From positions 79,236,001 through 79,300,000 of the forward strand of contig OX597831.1 in NCBI GenBank assembly GCA_951406725.2: 64,000 nucleotides of DNA, in the 5' to 3' direction. Of this stretch, positions 27,641 to 43,713 are shown piece after piece. Position numbers and translations under genes: made by a program. The first letter of the stretch is position 1. Each line of letters opens with the position of its first letter. The notes beneath the pieces were generated by a model, which ran no database searches, had not been told where the DNA came from, and saw nothing but the letters and a program-made list of their open reading frames with translations. The DNA comes from Octopus vulgaris. Taxonomy: Eukaryota.

Positions 27641-27684
<44 letters not shown>

Positions 27685-28040
27685 GTATATACACATATAG
27701 CGTATATGTATGTGAGGAAGTGAAAGTTGAAGAAACAACACTGTCGAGGCTTAGTGGTTATGAACGGCGAAGGATTATTTTCGTCAAGTGTCTGCATGTG
27801 TGTATGCATGTATATGTTTGTGTCTATCTATACCTATATACACCTATGGTTGTGTGTTTGGGTGTGTGCTACATTATTATTGCCTTCTGTATATGTATTA
27901 GTTTATGCGCATGGAACTGTGTACATAGCTTGTGCTAATTGTTGGCACTCACGTAACGTCATCAATCAACATTACGAAAGCAGCCTCCAAACATCACCAC
28001 CTCCATCTCCACCTCTTGTACACAACACATACAGATACGT

Positions 28041-28073
<33 letters not shown>

Positions 28074-28479
28074 TATTTCTGCCACCCGCTTTACCCCCAA
28101 CTAACACCCCATCACTGTTTCTGCACCTACCACCTTCTCCGTTCGCCATGCGATTCCATCCAAACTTGCATGCATCACCTTCTTTTCCAACGAGACTCGA
28201 CGTTCCCAACCCCAGACCTAACTAATCCAAACCCAGCAGCAGCAGCAGCACCACCACCACGTCAGACCAGACCAGACCAGACCAAACCAATCCAAACCCA
28301 GTACTGCAGCAGCAGAAGCAACAACAGAGAGCGACATGCGCCAGACCCAAACCAACCCGGCACAGCCGGCACTTTTCAAGTCGAGTACATGTGTAATTAT
28401 GCATGTTGCATATTGAGTGTGCGTTTTGTGTCATTGAATTAGCCCTAAACAGCTTAATTGCATTAACTTATGCTCGATT

Positions 28480-29035
28480 TTCGTCATCACTATGTTGTCT
28501 TTGCCGCCGCCGCTGCCGCAGTTATCGTCGTCGTCGTCGACGAAGTCTCCGCCGTTGCTGCTGCTGTTGCCGCCACTGTAGTCCTCGCTGCCGTCATCAA
28601 CAACATCATTATCATCTTCTTTATTTGGAGCCGTCATCATTTTCGTCATCATTATCATCGTCGTCGTCGTCGTCATCATCATCATCCTCATCATCATCAT
28701 CATCATCATCATCATCACTATCATCACCATCATTGTCGTCGTTGTCGTCATGATCATCGTCATGATCATCGTCATCATCATCATCGTCATCCTCCTCCTC
28801 ATCATCATCATCATTAACACTATCATCATCATCACGGTTATCGTCATCATTATCATCATCATCGTCGTCATCAGGATCATCATCAGCATTATCGTAATGA
28901 TCGTCACCCTCATATTCTTCCTCCGCATAGTCATTCTGATCATCTTCATCATCGTCATTATCATCATCGTCATCATCATCATCGTCATCGTCATCGTCAT
29001 CATCATCGTCGTCATAGACATCATTTCCATTATTA
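28480..29035. repeat. Degenerate (ATC/GTC)n trinucleotide region
   Basis: Seen directly. Comparable (GGT/GAT)n regions lie at 12580-13480 and 18220-18680. Confidence 0.9.
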
Positions 29036-29596
29036 TTCGAAACATTGAACATTTTTCCTATAAAAGAGGAATTTAATTTCTTCATTACGCATTCCGTAAC
29101 AGAAACTCATTAGAGCCGCTCTATTATACATATTGCATATTCGTGGTGCTGCTGCTGCTGCTGGTGGTGGTTGGGGGTGATGTGTGTGTGTGGAGGAGGA
29201 CAAGTTCTATAAAGAAGCGCCTTGCCTATGGTCAGCAAAACTTTGAGGGAATCGTAGGAACGTCTTTTGTCAATTGGGCATCTTTTAACCTAGTGGACTC
29301 TGGCCATAGCAGATTTCAACAAGAAAGAAAGAAAGAAATAAAGAAAGAAAGGACAGAAATCTTTTCCAAATCATTAACGGCACTCTATTTATCGACTGCG
29401 AAACGATGAAGGACCAAGTTGGTCATGGTTGGAATTTGAACTCAGACCGTAGAGAATCAGTGTTCTTACTGCAAAGCGACCTTTCCACGCTGTAACCACT
29501 CCGCACAATTGGCTGTCTTAGAAGTAGTAGCAACTAATTACAGAAATCAAACTAACAGATGGTATGTCTCGTCACATATGTGTGTGTGTGTATATA

Positions 29597-30125
29597 AGGC
29601 GGCGAGCTGGCAGAAACGGTAGCACGCCGGACGAAATGCGTAGCCGTATTTCGTCTGCCGTTACGTTCTGAGTTCAAATTCCGCCAAGGTCGACTTTGCC
29701 TTTCATCCCTTCGGGGTCGATTAAATAAGTACCAGTTACGCACTGGGATCGATGTAATCCACTTAATCCGTTTGTCTGTCCTTGTTTATCCCCTCTGTGT
29801 TTAGTCCCTTGTGGGTAGTAAAGAAATAGGTATTTCGTCTGCCGTTATGTTCTGAGTTCAAATTCCACCGAGGTCGACTTTGCCTTTCATCCTTTCGGGA
29901 TCGATAAATTAAGTACCAGTTACACACTGGGGTCGATATGTCGACTTAATCCGTTTGTCTGTTCTTTTGCATATCATCCGGGTTTACATTCTGAGTTCAA
30001 ATACCGCCGAGGTCTACCTTGGCTTTCATTTGTCCGGGTTCAATGAAATAAATCTGTAGAAGACAAACACGTGGGTCGATGTAATCGACTCACCGCCTCC
30101 TCCAAAATGGCCGACCTTGCGAGAA
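29597..30125 (+). mobile_element. tRNA-derived SINE family A, composite three-unit array
   Basis: Head GGCGGCGAGCTGGCAGAA...GAGTTCAAATTCC (A/B-box-like) and body GTCGACTTTGCCTTTCATCC...GGGGTCGAT...AAGTACCAG, repeated three times with increasing divergence. Confidence 0.85.
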
Positions 30126-30437
30126 ATACGTTTATATTGAAGCGAAAGTATTTAGCGAACGCATGTCGTCTTTAAATCTCTGTGGTGGTCACCGGCAGCT
30201 GTCATCCTGATGTAATGTAGACCTCCCTTTGCTGAAAGGTCAACTCTAATAAGCGACCCTATTATTATATTAAGATAATGTACGGTATTAAAATGGCGTT
30301 ACACGTTTTAATGCTGAGCGGCCATGTTGGCAATTAAGATGTATATATAAACGCACACATTGAAACATATATATGTATTTATGTATGTATATATGTGTTT
30401 GTGTGCGTGTAAATACATAAATGTGTGTGTGTATGTA

Positions 30438-30474
<37 letters not shown>

Positions 30475-30688
30475 ATACACGAACACATATGTATTTCTCT
30501 ATATCTCTTTCCTTTTCGCTCTCTCTCTCTCTCTCTGTTCTCCATGCATATGTTGTGCAAATACACGCATATACACACATAATCATCCGGGCCTTTTAGT
30601 TTTGTCGGTGGACTATGCCAGGTGGACTCTCTCGCAATAGGAGAATGTATCTATTTAGTCATCTATCTGTCTGTATATCTATCTATCA

Positions 30689-30767
<79 letters not shown>

Positions 30768-30907
30768 AGTCTGTCTGTCTGTCTGTCTGTCTGTCTCTGT
30801 CAATTATAATAATAATTACTATTATCATTATAATCATCATCATCATCATCATCATCATTATTACTATTTGTTGTAGTAGTAGTAGTAGTAGTAGGAGGAG
30901 GAGGAGG

Positions 30908-31035
30908 AGTCGACTTCGCCTTTTATTATATTTCCGGGGTCGATTAAATAAGTACCCGTTGAGCACTGGGATTGACGTAAATGACTTATTCTCTCCCCCG
31001 AAATATGCTGGCCTTGTGGCAAAATTAGAAACCAT
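30908..31035 (+). mobile_element. SINE family A, 5'-truncated
   Basis: Body GGGGTCGATTAAATAAGTACC and tail GCTGGCCTTGTGGCAAAATTAGAAACC(ATT)n. Confidence 0.7.
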
Positions 31036-31371
31036 TATTATTACTATTGTTGTTGTAGTTGTTATTATCGTGATCGGCGCTATATAAATCAATAGGGTAT
31101 GACTACTTTATTAGCTCCAAAAGAGAAATCAAAGGAAAAATCCTCTCAATGACGCTAACCACAAGGACAGAAGCTCTCTCAGTGTTGTTGTTCTCAAACG
31201 TGCAAGCACGGGCTCAGTGCGAACCTGACTACATATATCGTTGTTATTGTGTTAAACTGTCCTATGTCCAAATTTGGCCAAATGCGTTTTTTTTTTTCCA
31301 ATGCTTAATTTTGCTTGCAATAGCCGGTTCTTTTGGCCAAACTATCGTATCTCCAGCTGCTTCAGATACCA

Positions 31372-31414
<43 letters not shown>

Positions 31415-31619
31415 CTTTTTTCTGTAGTTTCAGCTCATAGCTGCGGCCATGCTGAAAATTTATGATATGAAACGGTTTAGCAGTTTTCAAAGTCCCACAT
31501 ACGACAGTTTTACAAAAATATATCTAACTGAAGACATCATGCATGAATGGAGTTACGATTTTATGCACCCAACAAACTATTGTTGTTAAGCTGAAACAGT
31601 CGCTACACTCACAAACATA

Positions 31620-31762
31620 TATGACGGGTTTCTTTCAGTTTCCGTCTACCGAGTCCACTGACAAATCTTTGGTCAGCCCGTGGCTCTAGTAGAAGACACT
31701 TGCCCAAGATGCCACATAGCGGGACCGAACCTGAAACCATGTGGTTGGTAAGCAAGCTACTT
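31620..31762 (-). mobile_element. SINE family B, 5' half
   Basis: TTTCAGTTTCCGTCTACC...AGAAGACACTTGCCCAAGATGCCAC...CCATGTGGTTGGTAAGCAAGCTAC. Similar partial copies lie at 61446-61600, 47565-47625 and 20749-20830. Confidence 0.75.
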
Positions 31763-33067
31763 TATTTCATAAAAATTTGCCATAAAGGCATTACAAAGAG
31801 TAGCTTGCGGGCTAGACATAGACATTAATGAGGCGGATGATTATGATCAAAACTGATAAAGATAGGAGAAGGCAGATGGCGCCCGCCGACCCTCTGCTTC
31901 TCTAAAACATTATTTTTTTAAAATACATACACCGAGGTAATGACCCTCTTACAATTTCTTTAGGCCAAAAAGTCCATACAACCACAACTTACATTTTTTA
32001 AAATCAAATTTACCACACATCCAATCCATATTCATAAATGTTGAAGTGTATCTAACGGTTTTTGTGTGTTTCTTAAATGGCTTATAAACACCTTCCACGC
32101 TGCAATTGTTTTCGTTCCAGCACACGATCTCAGATCGTCACTCGCTATGCAAGTACATCTCCGTAATATGTATATATATAATTTAGGAGTTAGTTATAGG
32201 TTCACTGACAGAATTATTTTACCGATACTGTTTTTGTACATAGAGTAAATGTGTTTCTTTGTTGTAGTTTAATTAATAAGGTTAGTGCTTAATCCTTCCT
32301 AGAATTAATATTGAATGAATGTAGTGATATCTAAGGTGTGTTTGTCCCCAAACAACACTTATTTTAGTGTTTTTGACACCATCGGATTGAGTGGTACTGC
32401 CTAGGTGTCGAAACCATCGTGAAACCATGCGGCAGCTGATCAGTAGCTGCAAGTCTCTGATCTCCTAAATTTGATGTGTATAATATAGACGGATTGGTTA
32501 TTTTCTTCTCTGTCATGTACACACATTTGATAAGACCTCAATAAATGTCGAACATCGATTGAGACGCTTCGTAATTTTTTAAATAATGTTCATGTTAAAC
32601 AGACTCCCTGGACCAGTGATAACTCAGATTCCGAGACGGAAGTTGAACTCACGACCATCGACAACTATTTTGCCTAACTACTCGTATGTGTAACATAAGA
32701 CTGAATAAAGACAATAGCAAGAATCAGAAATGTAATAAGGATGGAGGTGTTTACTCTAAGGTTCACAGAAATAATAATTAACGGGATGATCTCAAGTTAA
32801 GCCAACAAAATTACCACAACGAATTATATGGATGCTCATACGACCATAAAACTGATCATGCTAAGATCATTAATGCGGTACACAATTTCAAACGTATCAT
32901 CATAACATCCATATATGTAATACGTTTTTCAGCCGCTCATCATTAGGTTCTGTGTGATTTTTAACATCTGTCTCTCATTTATATCTATATTCCGGGATGA
33001 ATAAGGCAGATTATGTAATATGAACACACACCTATGTAAATATATATATACATATATATGTATGTGC

Positions 33068-33113
<46 letters not shown>

Positions 33114-33142
33114 GTATATATATATGTATATATATATATATA

Positions 33143-33188
<46 letters not shown>

Positions 33189-33239
33189 TATACACATATA
33201 TATATATAAACATATGTATGAATATATATAGAAATATAC

Positions 33240-33270
<31 letters not shown>

Positions 33271-33525
33271 TACATATATATATATATATATATATACACA
33301 TGAATATATATACACATGCATATATATATATACACACATCTATATATGTGTGTATATATGTATATACATATATATCTATCTCTTTATATATATGTAATAT
33401 GTAATATATATAAATGCCTATAAAACACTGTGTGTGTGCGCATGCACTTATATCGTCCGTAAGTCATACATCCGAATGAGAAACGTACTACAAAGATTAA
33501 AGCATTTATGTATTTATTTAATGGA

Positions 33526-33704
33526 GGTTGATCGTATGACTCGTTTCAGAGTGAGCAACGGTTTCGCATCCATAAAGCCTTACAGAAGACTCGTCAGATT
33601 CCAAAGCCAATCGCCATTGGAGCCTGACGAAACATCTGTAAGGCTAAGCGCTCTATGGATGCGAAACCACTGCGTATTCCATGAACGACCATATACAATC
33701 AACC
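33526..33704. repeat. Inverted repeat with CUGACGA...GAAAC motifs in both arms
   Basis: Exact inverted blocks at 33560-33574/33654-33668 (15 bp), 33576-33586/33635-33645 (11 bp) and 33591-33597/33624-33630 (7 bp), plus outer GGTTGAT/ATCAACC. Confidence 0.7.
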
Positions 33705-33716
33705 GCTTGTAAATAT

Positions 33717-33774
<58 letters not shown>

Positions 33775-33828
33775 GAATGAGTGGACAAACGGAAGAAGGG
33801 CACTAACACAATTTATTGGGCGGTACAG

Positions 33829-33964
33829 GTATGGATCAAAGCAGTTTGATTCAAATTCGCGTTGCTAGTCTTCAGATTCAAATTTAAAATGGATGAAGAC
33901 TAGCATCACACTTGAAACTCAAGAGTACCAGCGAATTTGAATCAAACATTTTTTATCCAAATAC
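33829..33964. repeat. Nested inverted repeat with a hammerhead-like remnant
   Basis: Perfect 17-bp inverted repeat at 33844-33860/33931-33947 and a 12-bp one at 33863-33874/33894-33905. Confidence 0.7.
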
Positions 33965-34360
33965 ATATGTGAGCGTGTGTGTGTGTGTATTAAAACTCAT
34001 TGCTCCATTGTTGACCACTAAGTGCATCCGATAAAACTAGGACTCTTGGGCAGCAAATTTATCGCACACAATCCTTATTCCACACTCTCCTGCAAACTTT
34101 GTACTCTCCTGCAAACTTTGTACTCTCCGAACTCGCCGTCATTACAAATATCGTCTTTCTACCCAATTTTTATATGTATTTCATAAAATTTTTCTCTCTA
34201 TCCATTCTTGCTACCTACCGTCCTACGCTTCATAGCAACAAACAAAACATCTATACATATATGTATATATATTTATGCATCTATATACGCCCTATGAGTT
34301 ACAAAAAACGTCCAAGCTATCGGACGCTTATACGCAGGAACCGACGCGAGAGTCCATCAT

Positions 34361-34435
<75 letters not shown>

Positions 34436-34560
34436 TAATACATTTATATACATATATACATATAGAAAGAGATATACATATTAAATCGATCTATCTATAA
34501 CTTCTGGTTCTGTCCCCCACTAATGCAATATATGTGTATGGTTCTGTATATGAATATATT

Positions 34561-34642
<82 letters not shown>

Positions 34643-34871
34643 CAGAGGTAGGTAGGTAGATAGATATGTACTACATACATTGATATATACATATATGTAT
34701 ATATCAGAGTATATGTGTAAATACATATTTATATAGTCATAAATGTATCTCTCTCTCTCTCTCTCTCTCTCTCTATTTATCGCCTCCTCTCTCTCTGTAC
34801 ATATATATTTACACACATACACACATATATATATATATATGAATATACATACATATAGATAGATAGATAGC

Positions 34872-34916
<45 letters not shown>

Positions 34917-35399
34917 TATATATATATAAATACACACACACACTACTGTTTTATTCTTGTACATGGACATATAAATCTTTCGCAACCATTATTTTTTTAC
35001 CCTCCTCTCTCGATATGTATCGTTCTCTCTCTCCCTGCTTTCCCCCCTTATCCCTCTCTCTCATACCATATTTGTAATACTGTTGCTATTTTTGTCATCT
35101 ATATATTTCAATACAAACACCCCGCCACATCCCTCACTCACCCACAAGAATAATGAAAACAGCGCGAAGAATATATTTGAAGAACAAAAAAAAAAAATAA
35201 TAATAATCACTTTAAAATGATTTCAGATAAACAGAATCATAGACTTAATGACTTTGGTTGATTATAAACACAAAATCAAACACATAAGATTATATACACA
35301 AGAAAACCCCATCTTATTTGCATACGCATGCAGAAGGCATGCACAGATGCATACATAATCATATACAGATATAAACAGACACACACACACACACATGCA

Positions 35400-36598
<1,199 letters not shown>

Positions 36599-37124
36599 TT
36601 TTCTGGTATTTGCATACAAGTGTGTTTGTGTTCCTCTGTGTGTGTGTATGTGTGCGTATCTGTTTTTGCTGATGTGTTTTTGTTGGTGTGTGTCTGTGTG
36701 TTTGTCTGTGTGTGGGTGCTGTGATTGCGCACGCTCGCGTGTTTATAAATACTATATTATCAGATTTGAATATGCCTGTATTTATGTATTACGTACATAG
36801 TGCATCCTGATACGAATCATAAATTGTGGGAATGAACCAGTGAATAGTGGTACCTCACGATAAAAGCAAATATGGTTTACACAACATTACACACATACAC
36901 ACAGGCCATCTATATGCAGGTAACTCTACGCCAATATATATAGATTTATATACACGCGTTTGTATCAAACAGTTTTGTGATTGCACCAAATATATAAACA
37001 TTGGAAAAGAAAAAAATTGAAAACAAACTGAAAGCACCAAACCACCACCGAATAAAGGAAAGGAAAAAGTCCATAGACAGAGACAAACACGCCAAACATT
37101 GATATATAGAGGTATATAGCATTT

Positions 37125-37194
<70 letters not shown>

Positions 37195-37339
37195 AAGGTA
37201 TGTTTATATATTTATATAAGTATATAAATTTATAAATACTATATATATATATATATATATGTAATTATAAATATAAGTATATATATATATATATATATAT
37301 CAGTATATATATATATATAGATAGATAGATAGATAGATG

Positions 37340-37383
<44 letters not shown>

Positions 37384-37622
37384 TAGATATAGATATAGAT
37401 AGATAGATAGATAGATACACATATAGATATATAGATATATAAATATATATATTTGTATATTTATTATATATACATATATTTTTCTCCATAAATATATATA
37501 TATAACAACATAAATATATACCCACTTATTAATATATATACATGCATATAGGTAATACATATGGTGTATACACACATTTAAGTAGGTACTTTATGTTTGT
37601 GTTTGTGAGCATACATATATAT

Positions 37623-37707
<85 letters not shown>

Positions 37708-38084
37708 GATGGAATGCACAAATATTACGATGCCCATGCTATAAAATAAATATCTATATACATATATACATAAATCCCAAATAGAATACACACGCATATC
37801 AATTTGCACACAGCAAACACACACACACACACATATACAGACACACACACACACACACACACGCACACACACATATGTACACACTCACCTACAGTGAAAT
37901 ACGTGTAGATTCACACCCATGAACACATGCACATACAGATTCACACCGTTTAAATCCTAACCGAACTCCACCGACAACTCAAACGCGGTGAAATTTCAAA
38001 TATCTACCTTTCCGACGAATAATGTGTTAATATACGTGTGCGCCCGCGCACACACATACACACACACATATATATTAGTATACA

Positions 38085-38124
<40 letters not shown>

Positions 38125-38400
38125 TATACATGTGTGCATATATATATATACATACCTACGTATAGGTGGTTTTATATATACGTATATATATATATATATA
38201 TATATAGATATATATAGATATATACACATATATGTTTATGAATATATTTGTGTATATGTGTATAGATAAATGTGTGTATATATATATATATACATATATA
38301 TACACACTCACACGCACAAATACCTGCTTACACACACGTATACATATATATATATATATATATATACATACATACAGACGCATATATAGAGAGATAAATA

Positions 38401-38432
<32 letters not shown>

Positions 38433-38668
38433 CGTGAGTGTGAGTGTGTGTGTGTGTGTGTGTATGTGTGTGTGCGAATGTATAAATGCTTTTACACGCC
38501 CAAATATTCTTTCTATATATAAGTGTGTGCGTGCATATGTGTATATGTTTGCGTATATGTGTGTATTGTTTGTGTTAATATAACGGCTTACTTTCTTATT
38601 CATTGATAAATATTCGAAAACTCGGAGCGTATGCGAATGTGTATGCTTCTATGGTGCGAATACCTTCA

Positions 38669-38720
<52 letters not shown>

Positions 38721-39398
38721 TGTGTGTGTGTGTGTGTTTGTGTAACTCTCGACTGTATATTCTGTATATTTTTATATTTGTGCCAGCTAAAAAATATCAA
38801 AATTAGAAAAAAAACAAAAATTCTCCAGAAAACGAAAACAGACCGACAACAACAATAACAACAACATCAAAATCCTAAATACACCAACATCAAAAACAAA
38901 AACAGCAACAACAGCATAAAAAAACTTTAAAAAGCAATAACAACAGCAACAGGAAGAAGAACAACAAGAGAAATGAGATTCACCAAGTAAACACAGATTT
39001 CATTCACAAAACGAAAATGATTAATTAATTTTTAAAAAAGCACGTGCATATTTAGAAACACACACATACAAGCATACGCTCAATCACACACACGAACATA
39101 CACACACACACGTACATATACATATATATGTGTATATACATACATATATATTCTCACATCCACATATATATACATACATGTATACACACACACACTCACA
39201 CGTATATATATAACACATTAATATATACACTCACATCTTTACACTCATGCGTTTGTATATACGTACATATATACACAAGCAAAAACCAGTACACATGGTA
39301 AATACAGAGCATGTACTATATTCTTAAAACCATATATATTTCATAAATGCATTTATAACCATATATATAATAAATTTGTATTTAAATAAATCCATGCT

Positions 39399-39484
<86 letters not shown>

Positions 39485-39564
39485 TATATACATATATATA
39501 TATATACACATATATATATATACATACATACATATATACATATATATATATATGTATAATACAA

Positions 39565-39598
<34 letters not shown>

Positions 39599-39624
39599 CA
39601 TATATATATATACATACACATATC

Positions 39625-40048
39625 TCTTTACTCTTACTCTTTTACTCTTTTACTTGTTTCAGTCATTTGACTGCGGCCATGCTGGAGCACCGCCTTTAAT
39701 CGAGCAAATCGACCCCGGAACTTATTCTTTGTAAACCCAGTACTTATTCTATCGGTCTCTTTTGCCGAACCGCTAAGTGGCGGGGACGTAGACACACCAG
39801 CATCGGTTGTCAAGCAATGCTAGGGGAACAAACATAGACACACAAACACACACACATATATATATATATACAAATACATATATACGACAGGCTTCTTTCA
39901 GTTTCCGTCTACCAAATCCACTCACAAGGCATTGGTCGGCCCGAGGCTATAGCAGAAGACACTTGCCCAAGATGCCACGCAGTGGGACTGAACCCGCAAC
40001 CATGTGGTTGGTTAGCAAGCTACTTACAACACAGCCACTCCTGCGCCT
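39625..40048 (-). mobile_element. tRNA-derived SINE family B (CORE-like), full length, with internal microsatellite
   Basis: Minus strand reads GGCGCAGGAGTGGCTGTGT...GGTTCAGTCCCACTGCGTGGCATCTTGGGCAAGTGTCTT (tRNA head plus CORE-like motif) and ends GGCGGTGCTCCAGCATGGCCGCAGTCAAATGACTGAAACAAGTAAAAGAG. Confidence 0.85.
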
Positions 40049-40668
40049 ATATATACTATATATATGTATATGTATGTATGTATAAGGAAATGCATACATA
40101 TATATACGTGCAAGCATAACGATGCGTTAAGCACAAGCGTTTATATGGCATATATATCCGTGTGAATATACATTAATACACGCATACACAAATATATACA
40201 CTCACACATATTTAGCAGTATATATTGTAACCGATAAATACATTTATATATATATATATTAGTATAACTGTATATATGTGCCAGTGTGTAGGTATATATG
40301 TGATGTAATTATATACGATATATATATATATATATATAGGTATATAAAAGGGATTCTAATATAATAAAGATTCATATATTCATATGTACATACATAAACA
40401 AATATACATACACACACACACATATATATATATATGTATGTATGTATATATATATGGATGTATGTAAGTATATATATATATAATAACATATACAGACAGG
40501 CATACAGACATACAGCGATATCTATATATATAGCAATTTTCCTATTTTTAAACGTGAAAACAAAATTCTAAAAACTAATAACGGACTTATTCAATGAAAT
40601 AATTTGATAAATGTCGTGAGTATGCCTCTGTGTATGCCTCTGTGTGTGTGTGTGTATGCCTCTGTGTG

Positions 40669-40707
<39 letters not shown>

Positions 40708-40711
40708 ATGC

Positions 40712-40744
<33 letters not shown>

Positions 40745-40894
40745 CACTATTGTTCCAAACAGCTTGATACAACATTTTATAAAATGTAAACAAATAACGT
40801 AAACACAATTCGCATAACTAACTTTCTGATTGATGATTCTCCCCTTCAACTTCGCTTACTCCCTTCACTCTCTCTCTCTTTATCTATCTACCTC

Positions 40895-41004
<110 letters not shown>

Positions 41005-41471
41005 GAGACGTGCTGTATTTATCACCGCTATACCTCAGGTATTAAGGCTCAATTAGGCCAAAGCATAGCCTATGATTAAGTTGGACACTCTCATTGCTTC
41101 AAAAATACCTATATATATGCATACATACATACATACATGCATGCATACATACAAACACCTACATACATACATATATACATACGTTCATGCATATACATAT
41201 GTTCATACATACGTACATACACACATACATTCAGAGATACGAACATACATTCATACATACATACATACACACATACATACATACACACTCATATATACAT
41301 GCATACATACATACATACTTACAAACATACATACATACTTACATACATACATATATACATACACACTCATATATACATACATACATACATACATACATTC
41401 ATACATACAGACAAATATACCTACCTACATACACACATGCATATACATAAATTCATACGTACATACATATA

Positions 41472-41558
<87 letters not shown>

Positions 41559-41729
41559 GAATAGGTGCATCTTTCTGTATGTATAATCCTTTTGTGAATC
41601 GAGAAGTGAAACGTCTGAAGAGAAATCATTAACTTTGTGGTTTATTAATTCAATTCTATTTTAGTTTTCTCTGCTTCGAATTTAATTTACACACTAACCC
41701 AATTCTATTTATTAGTTTTTCAGCGGTGT

Positions 41730-42135
<406 letters not shown>

Positions 42136-42140
42136 GAATA

Positions 42141-42343
42141 TGGCGAGCTGGCCGAATCGTTAGCACGCCGGATGAAATGCTCAACGTCATTTCGTTTGTC
42201 TTTACGTTCTGCGTTCAAATTCTGCCGATGTCGAATTTGCCTTTCCTTCTTTCGGGGTCGATGAAATAAATCCCAGTTGACCACTGGGGTAGTTCTGGTC
42301 AACTTATTTCTCAATCGAAATTGTGCCGAAATTCGAGACCATT
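42141..42343 (+). mobile_element. SINE family A monomer
   Basis: GGCGAGCTGGCCGAATCGTTAGCACGCCGG...GTTCAAATTC...GGGGTCGATGAAATAA, then an (ATT)n tail. Confidence 0.75.
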
Positions 42344-43089
42344 ATTATTAATGTACATTTTATCGTGTTTTTTTATTTTTTTTACATTTTATATTTCTTA
42401 CCTGTACCTGTTACATTCTACTAGTTTATTATTTAATATTCTAATTATCTTAATTGTTCGTTTCATACCATTTTATATGAATTTGTTGCGTGTTGGTTTC
42501 ATGTTACTAATTAAAGCTGGACAAAATTAATTTCGCTCGTTCTGCTGGTTCTCTACATCTAGAGATCAAATCCTCTCTGGATTACTTTTAGTTTTTATCT
42601 ACTCAGGATCGATAAATTAACGTTTGACAGAGTGTCTGTTGGTCTTTGCTGCGATTCGTTACGTTCCAAGTTCAAACCCTGCTGAGGTAAAACAGCATCT
42701 CTATTACCCCCAACACTACCACAGATATCACCAACACAGCAAACACCACAACATACACAAACACCACCCTGTTTACACCTGAATAAACAAGATAGCAACT
42801 ACAAAGCGACAAAGAAATATCGAAAAAGCTACCCAGCAACGGACACAGACAATAAAAACAATGAACAACATTCATCGACACACAGACATCACACACACTG
42901 ACTAAATTACATTAATAAATAGCACACCAACACACGGTTCTCAAAAAACAAAACGACTTAAAACAGTTAACAATAAAAAGTACAGAAATTTAGTTGTCGG
43001 AGATCTGACAGTTAGCCATAAGTTCACATCGCTTGGTCCTCCAGAGAATAAGTGGGTTTTTTTTATCCCTTTTTCTCTTTTTATGCAAC

Positions 43090-43330
43090 ATGGCCTGACT
43101 CACACTACACAATGTGAATGCACGTGAACAGTTCTAGTGTTGTAACCAAAGCCACCTACTCAGTCACCGCAGGTTACTAGACATAGATGTGGTAGCCATC
43201 AACAAGACCAAAATATCCTAGGTCCGAGCCTTCACACACATCGTGGACATTTACAAGGTGTACGCGTCTTTAAGCCGACAAAAATCGCGAAGCGGAGTCA
43301 CAAAACTGTTTCGAAAAGTTCGCTGCGTTG
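43090..43330 (+). mobile_element. Degenerate LINE ORF2 N-terminus (APE-type endonuclease remnant)
   Basis: One frame from the ATG at 43090 reads MA*LTLHNVNAREQF*...LLDIDVVAINKTKIS*...YKVYASLSRQKSRSGVTKLFRK. It shows decayed NVxG, DvvxxQET and GVxxL motifs at typical spacing, with in-frame stops. Confidence 0.6.
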
Positions 43331-43713
43331 TTTGCAATAGGGACTATCTTTCTGAACCCAGATCGAAAGTTGGTTGTGCCAGGCAGGAACAACAACAAAG
43401 GCTATCTTGGCCATACAGTAGCAGCTTATACCCCGATAGGAACATGGCGGTCAGATATTTTCTTGGTGCCTTGAGATATTTATGGGAATTTCCAGCGCTT
43501 GAGTGCTAGCGATGGACAAAAAAGACATATTCGTGGAAAACTGGGACTGTGTGGTGCAAACCAGTAGGAGAGTGTTCGCAAAATCTTACAACCCGGCTCA
43601 AATATTTTCATTTGTCTAACTGATACTGACTAACTTTCTTGAATGCTCCAATGGAAATATGGACCAATGCATCAGATTGACTGGATCGATTCTAGATAAG
43701 ATATTCTCTGGAC

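Noticed and set aside
28621-29085. Poly-Asp 154-aa ORF resembling an acidic biomineralisation protein
   Set aside because: It is a degenerate (GAT/GAC)n microsatellite, open in several frames, with no signal peptide or splice support.
34084-34128. 19-bp tandem duplication ACTCTCCTGCAAACTTTGT
   Set aside because: A simple local slippage duplication with no spacers. It is not CRISPR-like.
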